Source: an uncultured Rhodobacteraceae bacterium (GTDB lineage Bacteria; Pseudomonadota; Alphaproteobacteria; Rhizobiales; Amorphaceae). Taken from it: a DNA stretch of 51,452 bases. Location of the stretch: positions 1 to 51,452 of the forward strand of contig CAKZYH010000535.1 of assembly GCA_937884725.1 (NCBI GenBank), in the 5' to 3' direction. A program made the position numbers and the translations under genes. Below the pieces are notes generated by a model. That model searched no databases, had not been told where the DNA came from, and saw only the letters and a list, made by a program, of their open reading frames with translations. Of the stretch, positions 16,565 through 26,020 are shown piece after piece (within the stretch, counting starts at the first letter, position 1; the number at the start of each line of letters is the position of its first letter).

Positions 16565-17580
16565 CCCCCATCGATCCTGACTATTTGCCGATTTCTGGGC
16601 TCGACGTTCCGCGCTTTGCGGGGCTCGCGACGGCGATGCGGCTGCCGGTGCGCTCCGCTGCCGAGCCGCAGGGCGCTGAGATTGGGATTTTGGGCGTTCC
16701 TTATGATGGGGGGACCACCAATCGGCCGGGCACGCGCCATGGGCCGCGGGGGCGCCGGGAAGCGTCGTCGATGATCCGCATGGTCAACCAGGCGACACGG
16801 GTGGCGCCGTTTCACACCGCGCGGGTTGCTGACTTTGGCGATGCGGCTGTGGATCTGACCGACGTGATGACGACGCTGACGCTGATCGAAGATCAGGTGA
16901 CGGCGATGATGAGCGCCGGCGTGACGCCGCTGGTGATGGGGGGCGATCACCTCATCAGTCTACCGGTGCTTCGGGCGGTGGCGAAGGATGAACCGCTTGG
17001 GTTTGTGCACTTTGATGCGCACACCGACCTTAGCTCAGGCTATTTCGGTAAGAGCCAGTATAACCACGGGACGCCGTTTCGGCGGGCCGTGGAGGAGGGG
17101 CTGCTCGATCCTGCGCGGATGATCCAGATTGGGATTCGGGGCACCAGCTATGGCGGTGCTGACCGGGCTTTTGCGGTCGAGCAGGGCATTCGTATCGTCA
17201 CCATCGAGGAGTTTCGCGCGCGGGGGCTTGCCGATGTGATGGCGGAGGCGCGGCAGATTTTGGGGTCGAAGCCGACTTACCTCACGTTCGATATCGATGC
17301 GTTGGATCCCTCGGTGGCGCCGGGGACGGGGACGCCGGAGATTGGCGGCTTTTCCTCCTTTGAGGGGCAGATGATGGTTCGTGCGCTTGACGGGGTCGAT
17401 ATTGTTGCGGCGGACCTTGTGGAGGTGTCGCCACCGTTCGATCCGGCCGGGATCACCTCGTGGACCGGGATTTCAATGCTGTTTGAGATTTTGTGTGTGA
17501 CCGTGACGGCGCTTGCGCGGCGCAAGGGGCGGGACGTGGTGATCTGCGAGGACATTCCTGCGCCGACTTGGGGCGGCTAA
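16561..17580 (+). CDS. Agmatinase-family ureohydrolase (guanidinobutyrase/guanidinopropionase-like)
   Basis: RFAG, GVPYDGGTTNRPG, GGDH, DAHTD, HGTPFRRA, DIDALDP..APGTGTP, EVSPPFD. Confidence 0.9.
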   Translation: MTPIDPDYLPISGLDVPRFAGLATAMRLPVRSAAEPQGAEIGILGVPYDGGTTNRPGTRHGPRGRREASSMIRMVNQATRVAPFHTARVADFGDAAVDLTDVMTTLTLIEDQVTAMMSAGVTPLVMGGDHLISLPVLRAVAKDEPLGFVHFDAHTDLSSGYFGKSQYNHGTPFRRAVEEGLLDPARMIQIGIRGTSYGGADRAFAVEQGIRIVTIEEFRARGLADVMAEARQILGSKPTYLTFDIDALDPSVAPGTGTPEIGGFSSFEGQMMVRALDGVDIVAADLVEVSPPFDPAGITSWTGISMLFEILCVTVTALARRKGRDVVICEDIPAPTWGG

Positions 17581-17792
17581 GCGCGACTTTTGGGCAATGG
17601 CACATCCTTTATGCCGATTGCCTGAATGCGAGGCGTCGGGCGATGGCGGTGGCTGATTTTTTGATCACCCTATCAGCTTGACACTTTTCTAAAAAAGAAC
17701 GACGCATGTTCTTCAGGTGTGCAGTGCAACACTTGCAGTGCCGAGGCCGAATTCTTTCGGGCGTCGGCGCAGCTCAATCGAGTGGTTTCTTC

Positions 17793-17842
17793 GGCAACGG
17801 TGCCAGCGCTTTATCGGCGCGCGTCCGGCCGATTGCGCTTGG
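17793..17842 (+). promoter_or_regulatory. Putative NasT (ANTAR) target hairpin plus adjacent inhibitory stem in the nirA leader
   Basis: GGC-AACGGT-GCC hexaloop with A1/G4, followed by an AGCGC..ATCGGC..GCCGAT.GCGCT stem just before the GGAGGG RBS. Confidence 0.55.
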
Positions 17843-17860
17843 GTCCCATGGAGGGTCTGA

Positions 17861-19597
17861 ATGCATGGCCGCATCGTGAAACGGGGTTTTACGCCCGAAC
17901 AGATCGAGTGCCTGATGGGGGCGCTCTCCAAGCTGGAGCTTACCGCACCGGCAGGGCCGGCGGAGGCGCCGGTGGGTGAGCACGTCTATGGCACGCCGCT
18001 GGAAGACCTCTGCAAAGAAGAAATCGCAAAGTATAAGCTTCATCCGCTCGATCTTTGGGATCGGCTGGAAAAGTGGACGGCGAAGAACGAGATCGCCACT
18101 GGGCTTGATCAGTTCTTGTTGCGGCACTTGGGCTTTTTCAATGTGGAGCCGACCAGTCCCGGCTACATGGTCCGGCTGCGGTTGCCGGCGTGTGATTTGC
18201 GCGGCGATCAGATGATTGCGCTTGCTGATATCGCCGGGACTTATGGCGGCGGTTATGCGCACGTGACGACTCGCGGCAATATTCAGATCCGCGAGATTGA
18301 GCCGCGCCATGTGCTTGATATGATGGACGCCCTGACGCGGGCGGGGCTGTCGTGCCAAGGGTCGGGCGCGGATTCGGCGCGCAATATGACGGGATCGCCG
18401 ACGGCTGGGTTTGATCGCAGCGAGCTTATCGATCTGACGCCCTATACGCGGCGGCTGTCCAATTTGGTGCTGAATACGCGTGAGCTTCGGGCGCTGCCGC
18501 GTAAGTTTAACATTTCGTTCGACAATGGCGGGCGGATTTCGGCTGTCAGCGACAGTAACGACATCGCGTTTCAGGCTGTGGAGATCGGCGTGGTGGCCGC
18601 TGTTGAGCCCGGGATTTATTGCCGGATCGGGCTCGGCGGGATTTCTGGGCACCGGGACCTGACGCGCGAAACAGGGATGGTGTGCACGCCGCAGCAGTCG
18701 GTGATGGCCGGCTTCGCGATGCTTTACGTTTTTGTCGAGCACGCTGATCGCACCAACCGGAAGAAGGCGCGGCTGAAGTATGTGCTCGATAAGCATGGGG
18801 TCGATTGGTTTATCGCGCGCACTCAAGAAAAGCTCGCCGAGTTGGACGCTGGGTTTGAGCGTGTCGCCTGCTGGCCTGAGCATGATTTGCCACGCCCGAC
18901 CATCGACCGGCAGGGTCATGTGGGGGTGCATCCGCAGATCCAGGATGGGCTGAACTATGTGGGGCTCGCGCTCGAGATGGGCCGCTTGTCGTGCGCGCAG
19001 ATGCGGGCCGTTGGGCGCGCGGCCATGGTTCATGGGCGCAATGATCTGCGGCTGACGGTTTGGCAAAATCTGCTGATCCCGCATGTGGCGGACCATGAGG
19101 TACCGGCGTTGGAGGCAGCGTTGGGTAAGGTGGGGATTGGGACGTCCGCCACAGCGTTTGCCGCTGGTGCTGTGGCGTGCACTGGCAAGGCGGGGTGCAA
19201 GCTGGCGCTGGCCTACACCAAAGAAAACGGGACCGACTTGGTGCGCCACTTAGAGACGCGGTTTGCGCTCGACCGGCCGATCAACATCCATCTGACGGGC
19301 TGCCCGAACTCGTGCGCGCAGCACTACATCGCCGACATTGGGCTGGTGGGCGCGACCATGAAGGATGGTGGCGAAGGTTACTTCGTGGTGCTCGGTGGCG
19401 GGAGCGACCACGACAAAGGGATTGCGCGGCCGCTGTGTGGGCCTTTGCCGGCGGGGGAGGTGAACACCACCGTCGAGACGGTCATCGGGAGCTATCTTGA
19501 GCGCCGCGCCGACGGGCAGAGCTTTTTAGAATTCGTCCGCGCGTTGCCTGACGCTGAGCTGCCCTCGCTGCTTGGCACGACGGCTGCTGCGGCGTGA
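17861..19597 (+). CDS. nirA: Ferredoxin-type assimilatory nitrite reductase (NirA family, siroheme/4Fe-4S)
   Basis: MVRLRLP, HVTTRGNIQIR, DSARN, LPRKFN, RKKARLK, ACTGKAGC and GCPNSC siroheme-cluster ligands; lies in a nitrate cluster. Confidence 0.88.
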   Translation: MHGRIVKRGFTPEQIECLMGALSKLELTAPAGPAEAPVGEHVYGTPLEDLCKEEIAKYKLHPLDLWDRLEKWTAKNEIATGLDQFLLRHLGFFNVEPTSPGYMVRLRLPACDLRGDQMIALADIAGTYGGGYAHVTTRGNIQIREIEPRHVLDMMDALTRAGLSCQGSGADSARNMTGSPTAGFDRSELIDLTPYTRRLSNLVLNTRELRALPRKFNISFDNGGRISAVSDSNDIAFQAVEIGVVAAVEPGIYCRIGLGGISGHRDLTRETGMVCTPQQSVMAGFAMLYVFVEHADRTNRKKARLKYVLDKHGVDWFIARTQEKLAELDAGFERVACWPEHDLPRPTIDRQGHVGVHPQIQDGLNYVGLALEMGRLSCAQMRAVGRAAMVHGRNDLRLTVWQNLLIPHVADHEVPALEAALGKVGIGTSATAFAAGAVACTGKAGCKLALAYTKENGTDLVRHLETRFALDRPINIHLTGCPNSCAQHYIADIGLVGATMKDGGEGYFVVLGGGSDHDKGIARPLCGPLPAGEVNTTVETVIGSYLERRADGQSFLEFVRALPDAELPSLLGTTAAAA

Positions 19598-19613
19598 TTG
19601 TGGGAGATTGTTG

Positions 19614-21365
19614 ATGAGCGACCACGACGCAGCCTTGATGCGCAACGTGCTGAATGGGGCGGTTCCTGCCCCGTCCGCTGATGTGCCGGACTTCATTCCC
19701 GCCGATGGGCCGTTTGATGAGGAGCAGCGGGCGTTCTTGAACGGGCTGTTTTCCGCGCTTTACGCGCTGAACCAGGGGCAGAACGGGGAGGCGGTTGAGG
19801 CGAAAACGCCGCTGACGATCCTGTTTGGCTCTCAGTCCGGGACGGCGGAGGCGCTGTGCAAAGATCTTCGCAAATTTTCTGCGACGCAAGGTTTCGAGGC
19901 GTCAATTGCTGAGCTTGATAGTGTTGTGCCGGGCGATCTTGCGGCAGCGAACCATGTTTTGATTGTTGCCGCGACTTATGGTGAAGGTGAGCCGACCGAC
20001 AATGCCCAGGCGTTCCACAAGGCGCTGATGGCGGCCGATGCGGCGGCGCTGCCGGCGAGCACACACTTTAGCGTTTTGGGGCTGGGGGACACCAGCTATC
20101 CGCACTTTAACCGCGTGGCGCGGCAGATCGACGAGCGGTTGGCGCAGCTTGGCGCGACGCGGGCGGCGCCGCTCATTGCCTGCGATGTGGATTATGACGC
20201 CGACTATGCCGCCTGGCGGGGCGAGGTGTTTGCCGCCGCAGCATTCGCGCAGGCTGCTGGGGCGGCTGCGCCGGCGCCGGTGGACGATGAGCCCGCGCCC
20301 GACTTTGACAAGAACCATCCCTTTATCGCTCAGCTGATCGAGGCGCGGTGCTTGAACGCTGAAGGGTCGGCGAAGCGGGTCAATCATATCGAGATTTCGC
20401 TGACCGGTGGCGGACCTGACCTTGAGTATGAGGTGGGGGACGCGCTGGGTGTTTGGCCGCTGAACGACTTTACTGAGGTGCGGGCGATCTTGGATGCGGC
20501 CGGGTTCTCGGGCAAAGAAGTTGTCGAGGTGAAGGGGGGGCGGACGTCGCTCCGGCAGGCGCTGTTTAGTGCGCTTGATCTGATGACCGTATCACCGAAG
20601 ACTTCTGAAGCATGGGGCGTTACGGCGGGGAGCGACATTCATCTCATCGATGTTTTGCGCGCCGGTGTGCCGGGTCTCACACCGCAGATGCTGGCTGAGG
20701 GGCTGCGCCCGATTCAGCCGCGGCTTTACTCCATTTCGTCGAGCCCGAAGATGCATCCTGGCGAGGTGCATCTGACTGTTGGCGAGGTTCATTATTCGCT
20801 GCACGGGACGGAGCGGCAGGGCGTTGCGTCGACCTTTTTGGGAGAGCGGCTGAGTGAAGGCGGGTCGGTTGGCGTTTATGTCCATAAGTCGAGCCACTTT
20901 TACTTGCCGCAGGACGATGACGTTCCGCTGATCATGATTGGACCTGGTACCGGGATCGCGCCGTTTCGCGCGTTCTTGGAGGAGCGGGAGGTGCGCGGAG
21001 CCGGCGGCGATAACTGGCTCTTCTTTGGCGATCAGCACGAGGCGACCGACTTTTTGTATCGCGACCAGGTTTTGGGTTGGCAGGAGAGCGGGCTCATTGC
21101 CAAGCTGAGCCTCGCCTGGTCGCGCGATGGGGCGCAGAAAGTCTACGTGCAGCACCTTATTGAGGAGGATGGCGCTGAGCTTTTTGCATGGCTGGAGCGC
21201 GGTGCGGCGATCTATATCTGTGGCGATGCGAGCCGGATGGCGGTCGATGTGGAACGCGCATTGCTTGGGGTGATTGCAAAACATGGTGTTCGCGATGAAG
21301 CGGCGGCCGAGGCGTACTTGGATGACTTGCGCAAGGCGCACCGTTATCAGCGCGACGTGTACTGA
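19614..21365 (+). CDS. CysJ-like diflavin (FMN/FAD) NADPH reductase, probable electron donor to NirA
   Basis: FGSQSGTAE, ATYGEGEP, GLGDTSY, RLYSISSS, MIGPGTGIAPF, YICGDA, C-terminal RYQRDVY. Confidence 0.88.
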   Translation: MSDHDAALMRNVLNGAVPAPSADVPDFIPADGPFDEEQRAFLNGLFSALYALNQGQNGEAVEAKTPLTILFGSQSGTAEALCKDLRKFSATQGFEASIAELDSVVPGDLAAANHVLIVAATYGEGEPTDNAQAFHKALMAADAAALPASTHFSVLGLGDTSYPHFNRVARQIDERLAQLGATRAAPLIACDVDYDADYAAWRGEVFAAAAFAQAAGAAAPAPVDDEPAPDFDKNHPFIAQLIEARCLNAEGSAKRVNHIEISLTGGGPDLEYEVGDALGVWPLNDFTEVRAILDAAGFSGKEVVEVKGGRTSLRQALFSALDLMTVSPKTSEAWGVTAGSDIHLIDVLRAGVPGLTPQMLAEGLRPIQPRLYSISSSPKMHPGEVHLTVGEVHYSLHGTERQGVASTFLGERLSEGGSVGVYVHKSSHFYLPQDDDVPLIMIGPGTGIAPFRAFLEEREVRGAGGDNWLFFGDQHEATDFLYRDQVLGWQESGLIAKLSLAWSRDGAQKVYVQHLIEEDGAELFAWLERGAAIYICGDASRMAVDVERALLGVIAKHGVRDEAAAEAYLDDLRKAHRYQRDVY

Positions 21366-21384
21366 GCGGGGCTGACGGGCTGGT

Positions 21385-21966
21385 TTGCGCATACTGGTGA
21401 TTGATCAAAGCGCTGCCCGTGCGTCGGTGATCGAAGAAGGCTTGCGCGAATCTGGACTGACGGACGTTGTTATTTTGCTGGATACAGAACTCTTGATGCG
21501 CCGGATTGTGGAGATCGATCCCGACGTCATCTTGATTGATCTGGAAAACCCCAGCCGCGATGTTCTTGACGCGATGTTTCAGGTGTCGCGGACCGTTGAA
21601 CGGCCGATTGGCATGTTTGTCGACCGGTCCGAGGCGGGGATGATTGAGCAGGCGGTGGAGGCGGGGGTGTCCACCTATGTGGTCGACGGGCTGCGCAAGG
21701 AACGGGTGAGCGCCATCGTTGAGACGACAGTGTCGCGGTTCAACGCGTTCGACCGGCTGAAGCGCGAACTTGCTGATACCAAGAAGGCTTTGGAGGACAG
21801 GACGTCCGTCGATAAGGCGAAACTGTTCTTGATGAAGCGGCACGAGGTGGATGAGCCGACCGCGTATGGGATGTTGCGGCGGGCGGCGATGGATCAAAAC
21901 CGCACAGTGGCGGAGGTGGCGCGGGCGTTGGTATCGGCGGCGGCCTTGTTGGACAAAAAGCCATGA
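21385..21966 (+). CDS. nasT: ANTAR-domain antiterminator NasT
   Basis: REC-like N-terminus (PDVILIDLENPSRD), AGVSTYVVDG, ANTAR KAKLFLM..AYGMLRRAAM. Confidence 0.9.
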   Translation: MRILVIDQSAARASVIEEGLRESGLTDVVILLDTELLMRRIVEIDPDVILIDLENPSRDVLDAMFQVSRTVERPIGMFVDRSEAGMIEQAVEAGVSTYVVDGLRKERVSAIVETTVSRFNAFDRLKRELADTKKALEDRTSVDKAKLFLMKRHEVDEPTAYGMLRRAAMDQNRTVAEVARALVSAAALLDKKP

Positions 21967-23186
21967 TCGCGGTGAGGGCGGGCTTCATCCCGTTGGTGGA
22001 CAGCGCGGGGCTGGTTCTGGCGGCCGAGCTTGGTTTTGCTGAGGCTGAGGGGCTTGATTTATCGCTGACGCGGGAAGCGTCGTGGGCCGCGCTGGCCGAT
22101 AAGTTAGCGGTGGGGGCGATTGACGCGGCGCATTTGTTGGCGCCGATGGCGGTGGCATCGAAGCTCGGCATCGGGAACGCGAAACCTGCCATTTCCGCGC
22201 TGATGAGCATGTCCACCAACGGCAACGCGATTTCGCTATCCCATTCGCTGTATGAAGAGATGCTGGCGGTTTCGCCGTTGGCGCCAGGGGCCGGCGTTGC
22301 GGACAAGGCGAGGGCGCTGGGGGCGACCATTCGTGCGCGTGAAGCGGCGGGCGGGCCGCGGCTTACATTTGCGGTTGTGCATCCGTTTTCGCCGCATAAC
22401 TATGAGCTTCGCTATATTTTGGCGACTGGTGGTGTTGACCCCGATCTTGATGTGGATCTTGTTGTTGTGCCGCCGCCTTATATTGTTGAACACTTGGAAA
22501 AGGGGCTGATCGACGGGTTTTGTGTTGGTGCGCCTTGGACTTTGGTGGGGTTGCGTGAGGGCGTGAGCCGCGTGCTGATGACGAAATCGCAGATTTGGCG
22601 ATTTGGTCCGGAAAAGGTGCTTGGCATGCGCGAGAGCGATGTCGAGGCAGGACACGAGACCGCTGTGCGGCTGGTGCGCGCGGTGAAGCAGGCGTTGGAA
22701 TTTGCTGATGAACCTGCAAACCGGGCTAAGGTAGCCTCAATATTGGCCGCTGAAGACTATTTGGATCTTGATCCAGGCGTGATTGGCCGTGCTTTGGAAG
22801 GTGGGGTGCCCGTTGATGAGGCATCGGACCGACCTGTAGAGGACTTTATTGTCTTCGATCGGTTTGGATCGAGTTTTCCGTGGCGGTCCCATGCCCTTTG
22901 GTTTTATTCGCAAATGGTGAGGTGGCGGCAAATCGAGCATTCGCCAGCAGCGGCGAGGCTTGCGGCCGATGCGTATCGCCCCGACATCTATCGCAAGGCG
23001 TTTGAGAACAGCGGTGTGACGCTGCCATCCGCCAACTCAAAGCTTGAGGGTGCGCTAGGCGCGGCTGCGCCTGCGGGCTCGACAACAGGTCGGCTGACGT
23101 TGGCGGGCGATGGCTTTTTCGATGGGCGGGTTTTCGACCCCAACGACGTGCCTGGTTATTTGGCGGGCTTTTCGCGTTCCGTGTGA
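21963..23186 (+). CDS. nasS: Cytoplasmic nitrate sensor NasS (CmpA/NrtA fold)
   Basis: GFIPLVD, EASWA, HPFSPHNYELRY, FCVGAPW, PEKVLG; no signal peptide; ATGA-coupled to nasT. Confidence 0.85.
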   Translation: MIAVRAGFIPLVDSAGLVLAAELGFAEAEGLDLSLTREASWAALADKLAVGAIDAAHLLAPMAVASKLGIGNAKPAISALMSMSTNGNAISLSHSLYEEMLAVSPLAPGAGVADKARALGATIRAREAAGGPRLTFAVVHPFSPHNYELRYILATGGVDPDLDVDLVVVPPPYIVEHLEKGLIDGFCVGAPWTLVGLREGVSRVLMTKSQIWRFGPEKVLGMRESDVEAGHETAVRLVRAVKQALEFADEPANRAKVASILAAEDYLDLDPGVIGRALEGGVPVDEASDRPVEDFIVFDRFGSSFPWRSHALWFYSQMVRWRQIEHSPAAARLAADAYRPDIYRKAFENSGVTLPSANSKLEGALGAAAPAGSTTGRLTLAGDGFFDGRVFDPNDVPGYLAGFSRSV

Positions 23187-23356
23187 ACGGTGCGGATGCC
23201 CAATCGGGCAGCCATTTCGCAAGTGCACACAAATTGAGCTTGGAATTGTTCGATATTTGAACTTTCGCTTTGGGAGCGGCTCATTTATCGATTTTGTATG
23301 AGCTAGACGAGTTTAGCTCAACAGATTTGCCCCGCCTGAGAATGGCGTGAAGGTTT

Positions 23357-23424
23357 CGGCAGCGTCGCCGGCACGAATTCGTCTTTTGACGAATTTTATG
23401 GCCGGCGGCGCTTTTTGTTTTGTT
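23357..23424 (+). terminator. NasT-controlled attenuator: ANTAR hairpin overlapping an intrinsic terminator in the nrtA leader
   Basis: CGGC-AGCGTC-GCCG (A1/G4 hexaloop) overlaps the 5' arm of a long stem AGCGTCGCCGGC..AATTCGTC-TTTT-GACGAATT..GCCGGCGGCGCT followed by a U-rich tail (TTTTGTTTTGTT). Confidence 0.8.
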
Positions 23425-23456
23425 CTCCAGTCTGATCGCGGAAGGATATCGGTCCG

Positions 23457-24851
23457 ATGACAAGCCTCAAAATGACAAGGCGGATATTTGCTGCCGCGCT
23501 GCTCGCCACGACGGCTGCGGTGTCGCCGCTGTCGGCGCAAGAAACTGTCTGGCTCGACGTTGAAAAGGACGAGCTCACATTTGGTTTTATCAAGCTTACC
23601 GATATGGCGCCGCTCGCGGTTGCTTATGAGCTTGGCTATTTTGAAGATGAGGGGTTGTTCGTCACGCTGGAGGCGCAGGCGAACTGGAAAGTGCTTCTGG
23701 ATGGCGTGATTACCGGGACGCTGGATGGCGCGCATATGCTGGCGGGTCAGCCGCTCGCTGCCACCATCGGATTCGGGACCGAGGCGCACATCATCACCCC
23801 GTTCTCCATGGACCTAAACGGCAATGGCATCACCGTGTCCAACGAAGTGTGGGAGCTGATGAAGCCGAATGTTCCGTTGATGGAAGACGGGCGCCCGCAG
23901 CATCCAATATCCGCTGCCGCGATGAAACCTGTTGTGGAGGAGTTCAATGCAAGCGGTCGGCCGTTCAATATGGGCATGGTCTTCCCGGTATCGACGCACA
24001 ACTATGAGCTTCGGTACTGGCTGGCCGCGGGTGATATTCATCCAGGTTTTTACTCGCCTTCCGATGTTTCAGGGCAGATTATGGCTGAGGCCTTCCTGTC
24101 CGTGACGCCGCCGCCGCAGATGCCTGCGACGCTGGAGGCCGGCACTATTCACGGGTACTGCGTTGGGGAGCCTTGGAACCAGCAGGCGGTGTTTAAGGGG
24201 ATTGGCGTTCCGGTGATCACCGATTACCAGATCTGGAAAAACAACCCTGAGAAAGTGTTCGGGATTACCAAAGAGTTCGCTGAAGAGAATCCGAATACGA
24301 CGCTGGCGATTGTAAAGGCGCTGATCCGGGCGGCGAAGTGGCTCGATGAGAACGATAATGCCAACCGGATGGATGCGGTGGAGATCCTAGCCCGCCCTGA
24401 GTATGTGGGGGCGGATGCTGAAGTGATCGCCAACTCGATGACGGGTACGTTCGAGTTTGAAAAGGGCGACAAGCGCGAGATTCCGGACTTTAACGTGTTC
24501 TACCGCTACTACGCGACGTACCCTTACTATTCGGATGCTGTTTGGTACCTGACGCAGATGCGCCGCTGGGGGCAGATTCCTGAGCAGAAGTCTGACTCTT
24601 GGTATGATGAAGTTGCGCGGTCTGTGTACCGCCCCGACATCTATCTCCAGGCGGCGCGGTTGCTCGTGGACGAAGGTTTTGTTGATGAGGCTGACTTCCC
24701 GTTCGAAACTGACGGTTACCGTGAGCCCCAGGCTGAGTTTATTGACGGTGTGACCTTTGATGGTCGTCAGCCCAACAAGTACCTGAACGACTTCCCCATT
24801 GGCCTGAAAGGTGACCAGCGGGTCGAGGGCTCCGGGGTCGTCGGCGGCTAA
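23457..24851 (+). CDS. nrtA: Nitrate ABC transporter substrate-binding protein
   Basis: Signal peptide, [43 protein letters not shown]. Confidence 0.9.
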   Translation: MTSLKMTRRIFAAALLATTAAVSPLSAQETVWLDVEKDELTFGFIKLTDMAPLAVAYELGYFEDEGLFVTLEAQANWKVLLDGVITGTLDGAHMLAGQPLAATIGFGTEAHIITPFSMDLNGNGITVSNEVWELMKPNVPLMEDGRPQHPISAAAMKPVVEEFNASGRPFNMGMVFPVSTHNYELRYWLAAGDIHPGFYSPSDVSGQIMAEAFLSVTPPPQMPATLEAGTIHGYCVGEPWNQQAVFKGIGVPVITDYQIWKNNPEKVFGITKEFAEENPNTTLAIVKALIRAAKWLDENDNANRMDAVEILARPEYVGADAEVIANSMTGTFEFEKGDKREIPDFNVFYRYYATYPYYSDAVWYLTQMRRWGQIPEQKSDSWYDEVARSVYRPDIYLQAARLLVDEGFVDEADFPFETDGYREPQAEFIDGVTFDGRQPNKYLNDFPIGLKGDQRVEGSGVVGG

Positions 24852-24868
24852 CCCAACTCAATCCATCA

Positions 24869-24895
24869 CCGCGCCCCTCACAGTTTGGGGCGCGG
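24869..24895 (+). other. Intercistronic stem-loop after nrtA
   Basis: CCGCGCCCC-N9-GGGGCGCGG with no U-tract; likely an mRNA-stabilising hairpin. Confidence 0.5.
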
Positions 24896-24919
24896 CCTGC
24901 GCTCTAGTTTGGAGATTTT

Positions 24920-26011
24920 GTGATGGCCGTTACCAACGTGGGGCAAGATCCGGATGTCTTGCGCGCCAAAGAAGAGCGGCGTGAAAAGCGGTTTGCTTTG
25001 ATCAACCGCACCTCTGGCTGGTTCGCAGTGCTGGGGCTTGGGTTTGTCACGCCGCTTTTGAAGATGGCGGCGGGTGACAACGTGAAAGTCCAGATGCGGG
25101 AGCTGTCGCACAGTCTGGTCATTCCGCTAGTTGGTATTGGGCTCTTCATTGCGGTGTGGGCTGCGCTGGCGCCGCAAGTGCAGACGTCGCTTGGGGCGAT
25201 CCCTGGTCCGGCGGCTGTTTGGTATCAGGCCGGAAATCTTCTGGAAGATCATGCGCGTCAGCGTGAGAAAGCGGCTGCGTTTTATGAGCGGCAAGAGGAG
25301 CGAAACGCTAAGCTTGTCGAACAAGGGCGTGGCGACCGCGTGAAGTGGCGGACCTTTACGGGTGCGCCGACTTATATTGATCAGATCTATACCTCACTGA
25401 CGACTGTTATCTTGGGGTTCTTGATTGCAACTGTGATTGCTGTGCCGCTGGGGATTGCGGCGGGGCTGTCGCGGGCGGTCAATGGGGCAATCAATCCGCT
25501 CATACAGATTTTTAAGCCGGTTTCGCCGCTGGCGTGGCTGCCCATTGTGACGATGGTTGTGTCGGCAACGTACGTGAATGCGTCTGAGGCGCTGCCGAAG
25601 TCTATGCTCATCTCAGCGATTGTTGTGACCCTGTGTTCGCTATGGCCGACGCTCATCAATACATCATTGGGGGTGTCTTCCGTGGACAAAGACCTGACCA
25701 ATGTTGGCCGGGTTTTGAAGCTGCCGACTTGGAAGATGGTCACAAAGATTGTGTTGCCGTCGTCGTTGCCGTTGATCTTTACCGGGCTTCGTTTGTCGCT
25801 GGGTGTGGGCTGGATGGTGTTGATCGCGGCGGAAATGCTGTCGCAAAACCCGGGGCTCGGTAAGTTCGTTTGGGATGAGTTTCAGAATGGGTCTTCGCAG
25901 TCCCTCGCGAAGATTATTGTGGCAGTGCTCACCATCGGTTTGATCGGCTTCTTGCTCGACCGAGTGATGTATGCGCTGCAGGCAGCATTCACCTTCTCTG
26001 GCAAGCGGTAG
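24920..26011 (+). CDS. nrtB: Nitrate ABC transporter permease
   Basis: PLIQIFKPVSPLAWLP, WPTLINT, GWMVLIAAEML, GLGKFVWDEF. Confidence 0.9.
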   Translation: MMAVTNVGQDPDVLRAKEERREKRFALINRTSGWFAVLGLGFVTPLLKMAAGDNVKVQMRELSHSLVIPLVGIGLFIAVWAALAPQVQTSLGAIPGPAAVWYQAGNLLEDHARQREKAAAFYERQEERNAKLVEQGRGDRVKWRTFTGAPTYIDQIYTSLTTVILGFLIATVIAVPLGIAAGLSRAVNGAINPLIQIFKPVSPLAWLPIVTMVVSATYVNASEALPKSMLISAIVVTLCSLWPTLINTSLGVSSVDKDLTNVGRVLKLPTWKMVTKIVLPSSLPLIFTGLRLSLGVGWMVLIAAEMLSQNPGLGKFVWDEFQNGSSQSLAKIIVAVLTIGLIGFLLDRVMYALQAAFTFSGKR

Positions 26012-26020
26012 GGGGCGACG

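Noticed and set aside
16561-17580. Ni-dependent guanidine hydrolase or metformin hydrolase
   Set aside because: Canonical GGDH/DAHTD/DID ureohydrolase ligands, single subunit and no hypAB maturases nearby.
17598-17615. TGGCACATCCTTTATGC as a sigma54 promoter for nirA
   Set aside because: Spacing is GG-N12-GC rather than N10.
17619-17635. NtrC-like boxes upstream of nirA (TGCC-N9-GGCG) and nrtA (TGCAC-N7-GAGCT near 23224)
   Set aside because: Plausible but too degenerate in high-GC DNA to call without a matrix search.
17861-21365. Sulfate-assimilation cysIJ operon
   Set aside because: No cysH/cysD/cysN; the context (nasTS, nrt, nasA, ANTAR-like leader) points to nitrite reduction.
23343-23358. 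TGGCGTGAAGGTTTCG as a sigma54 promoter for nrtA
   Set aside because: The -12 element is TC rather than GC, and transcription would start inside the attenuator.
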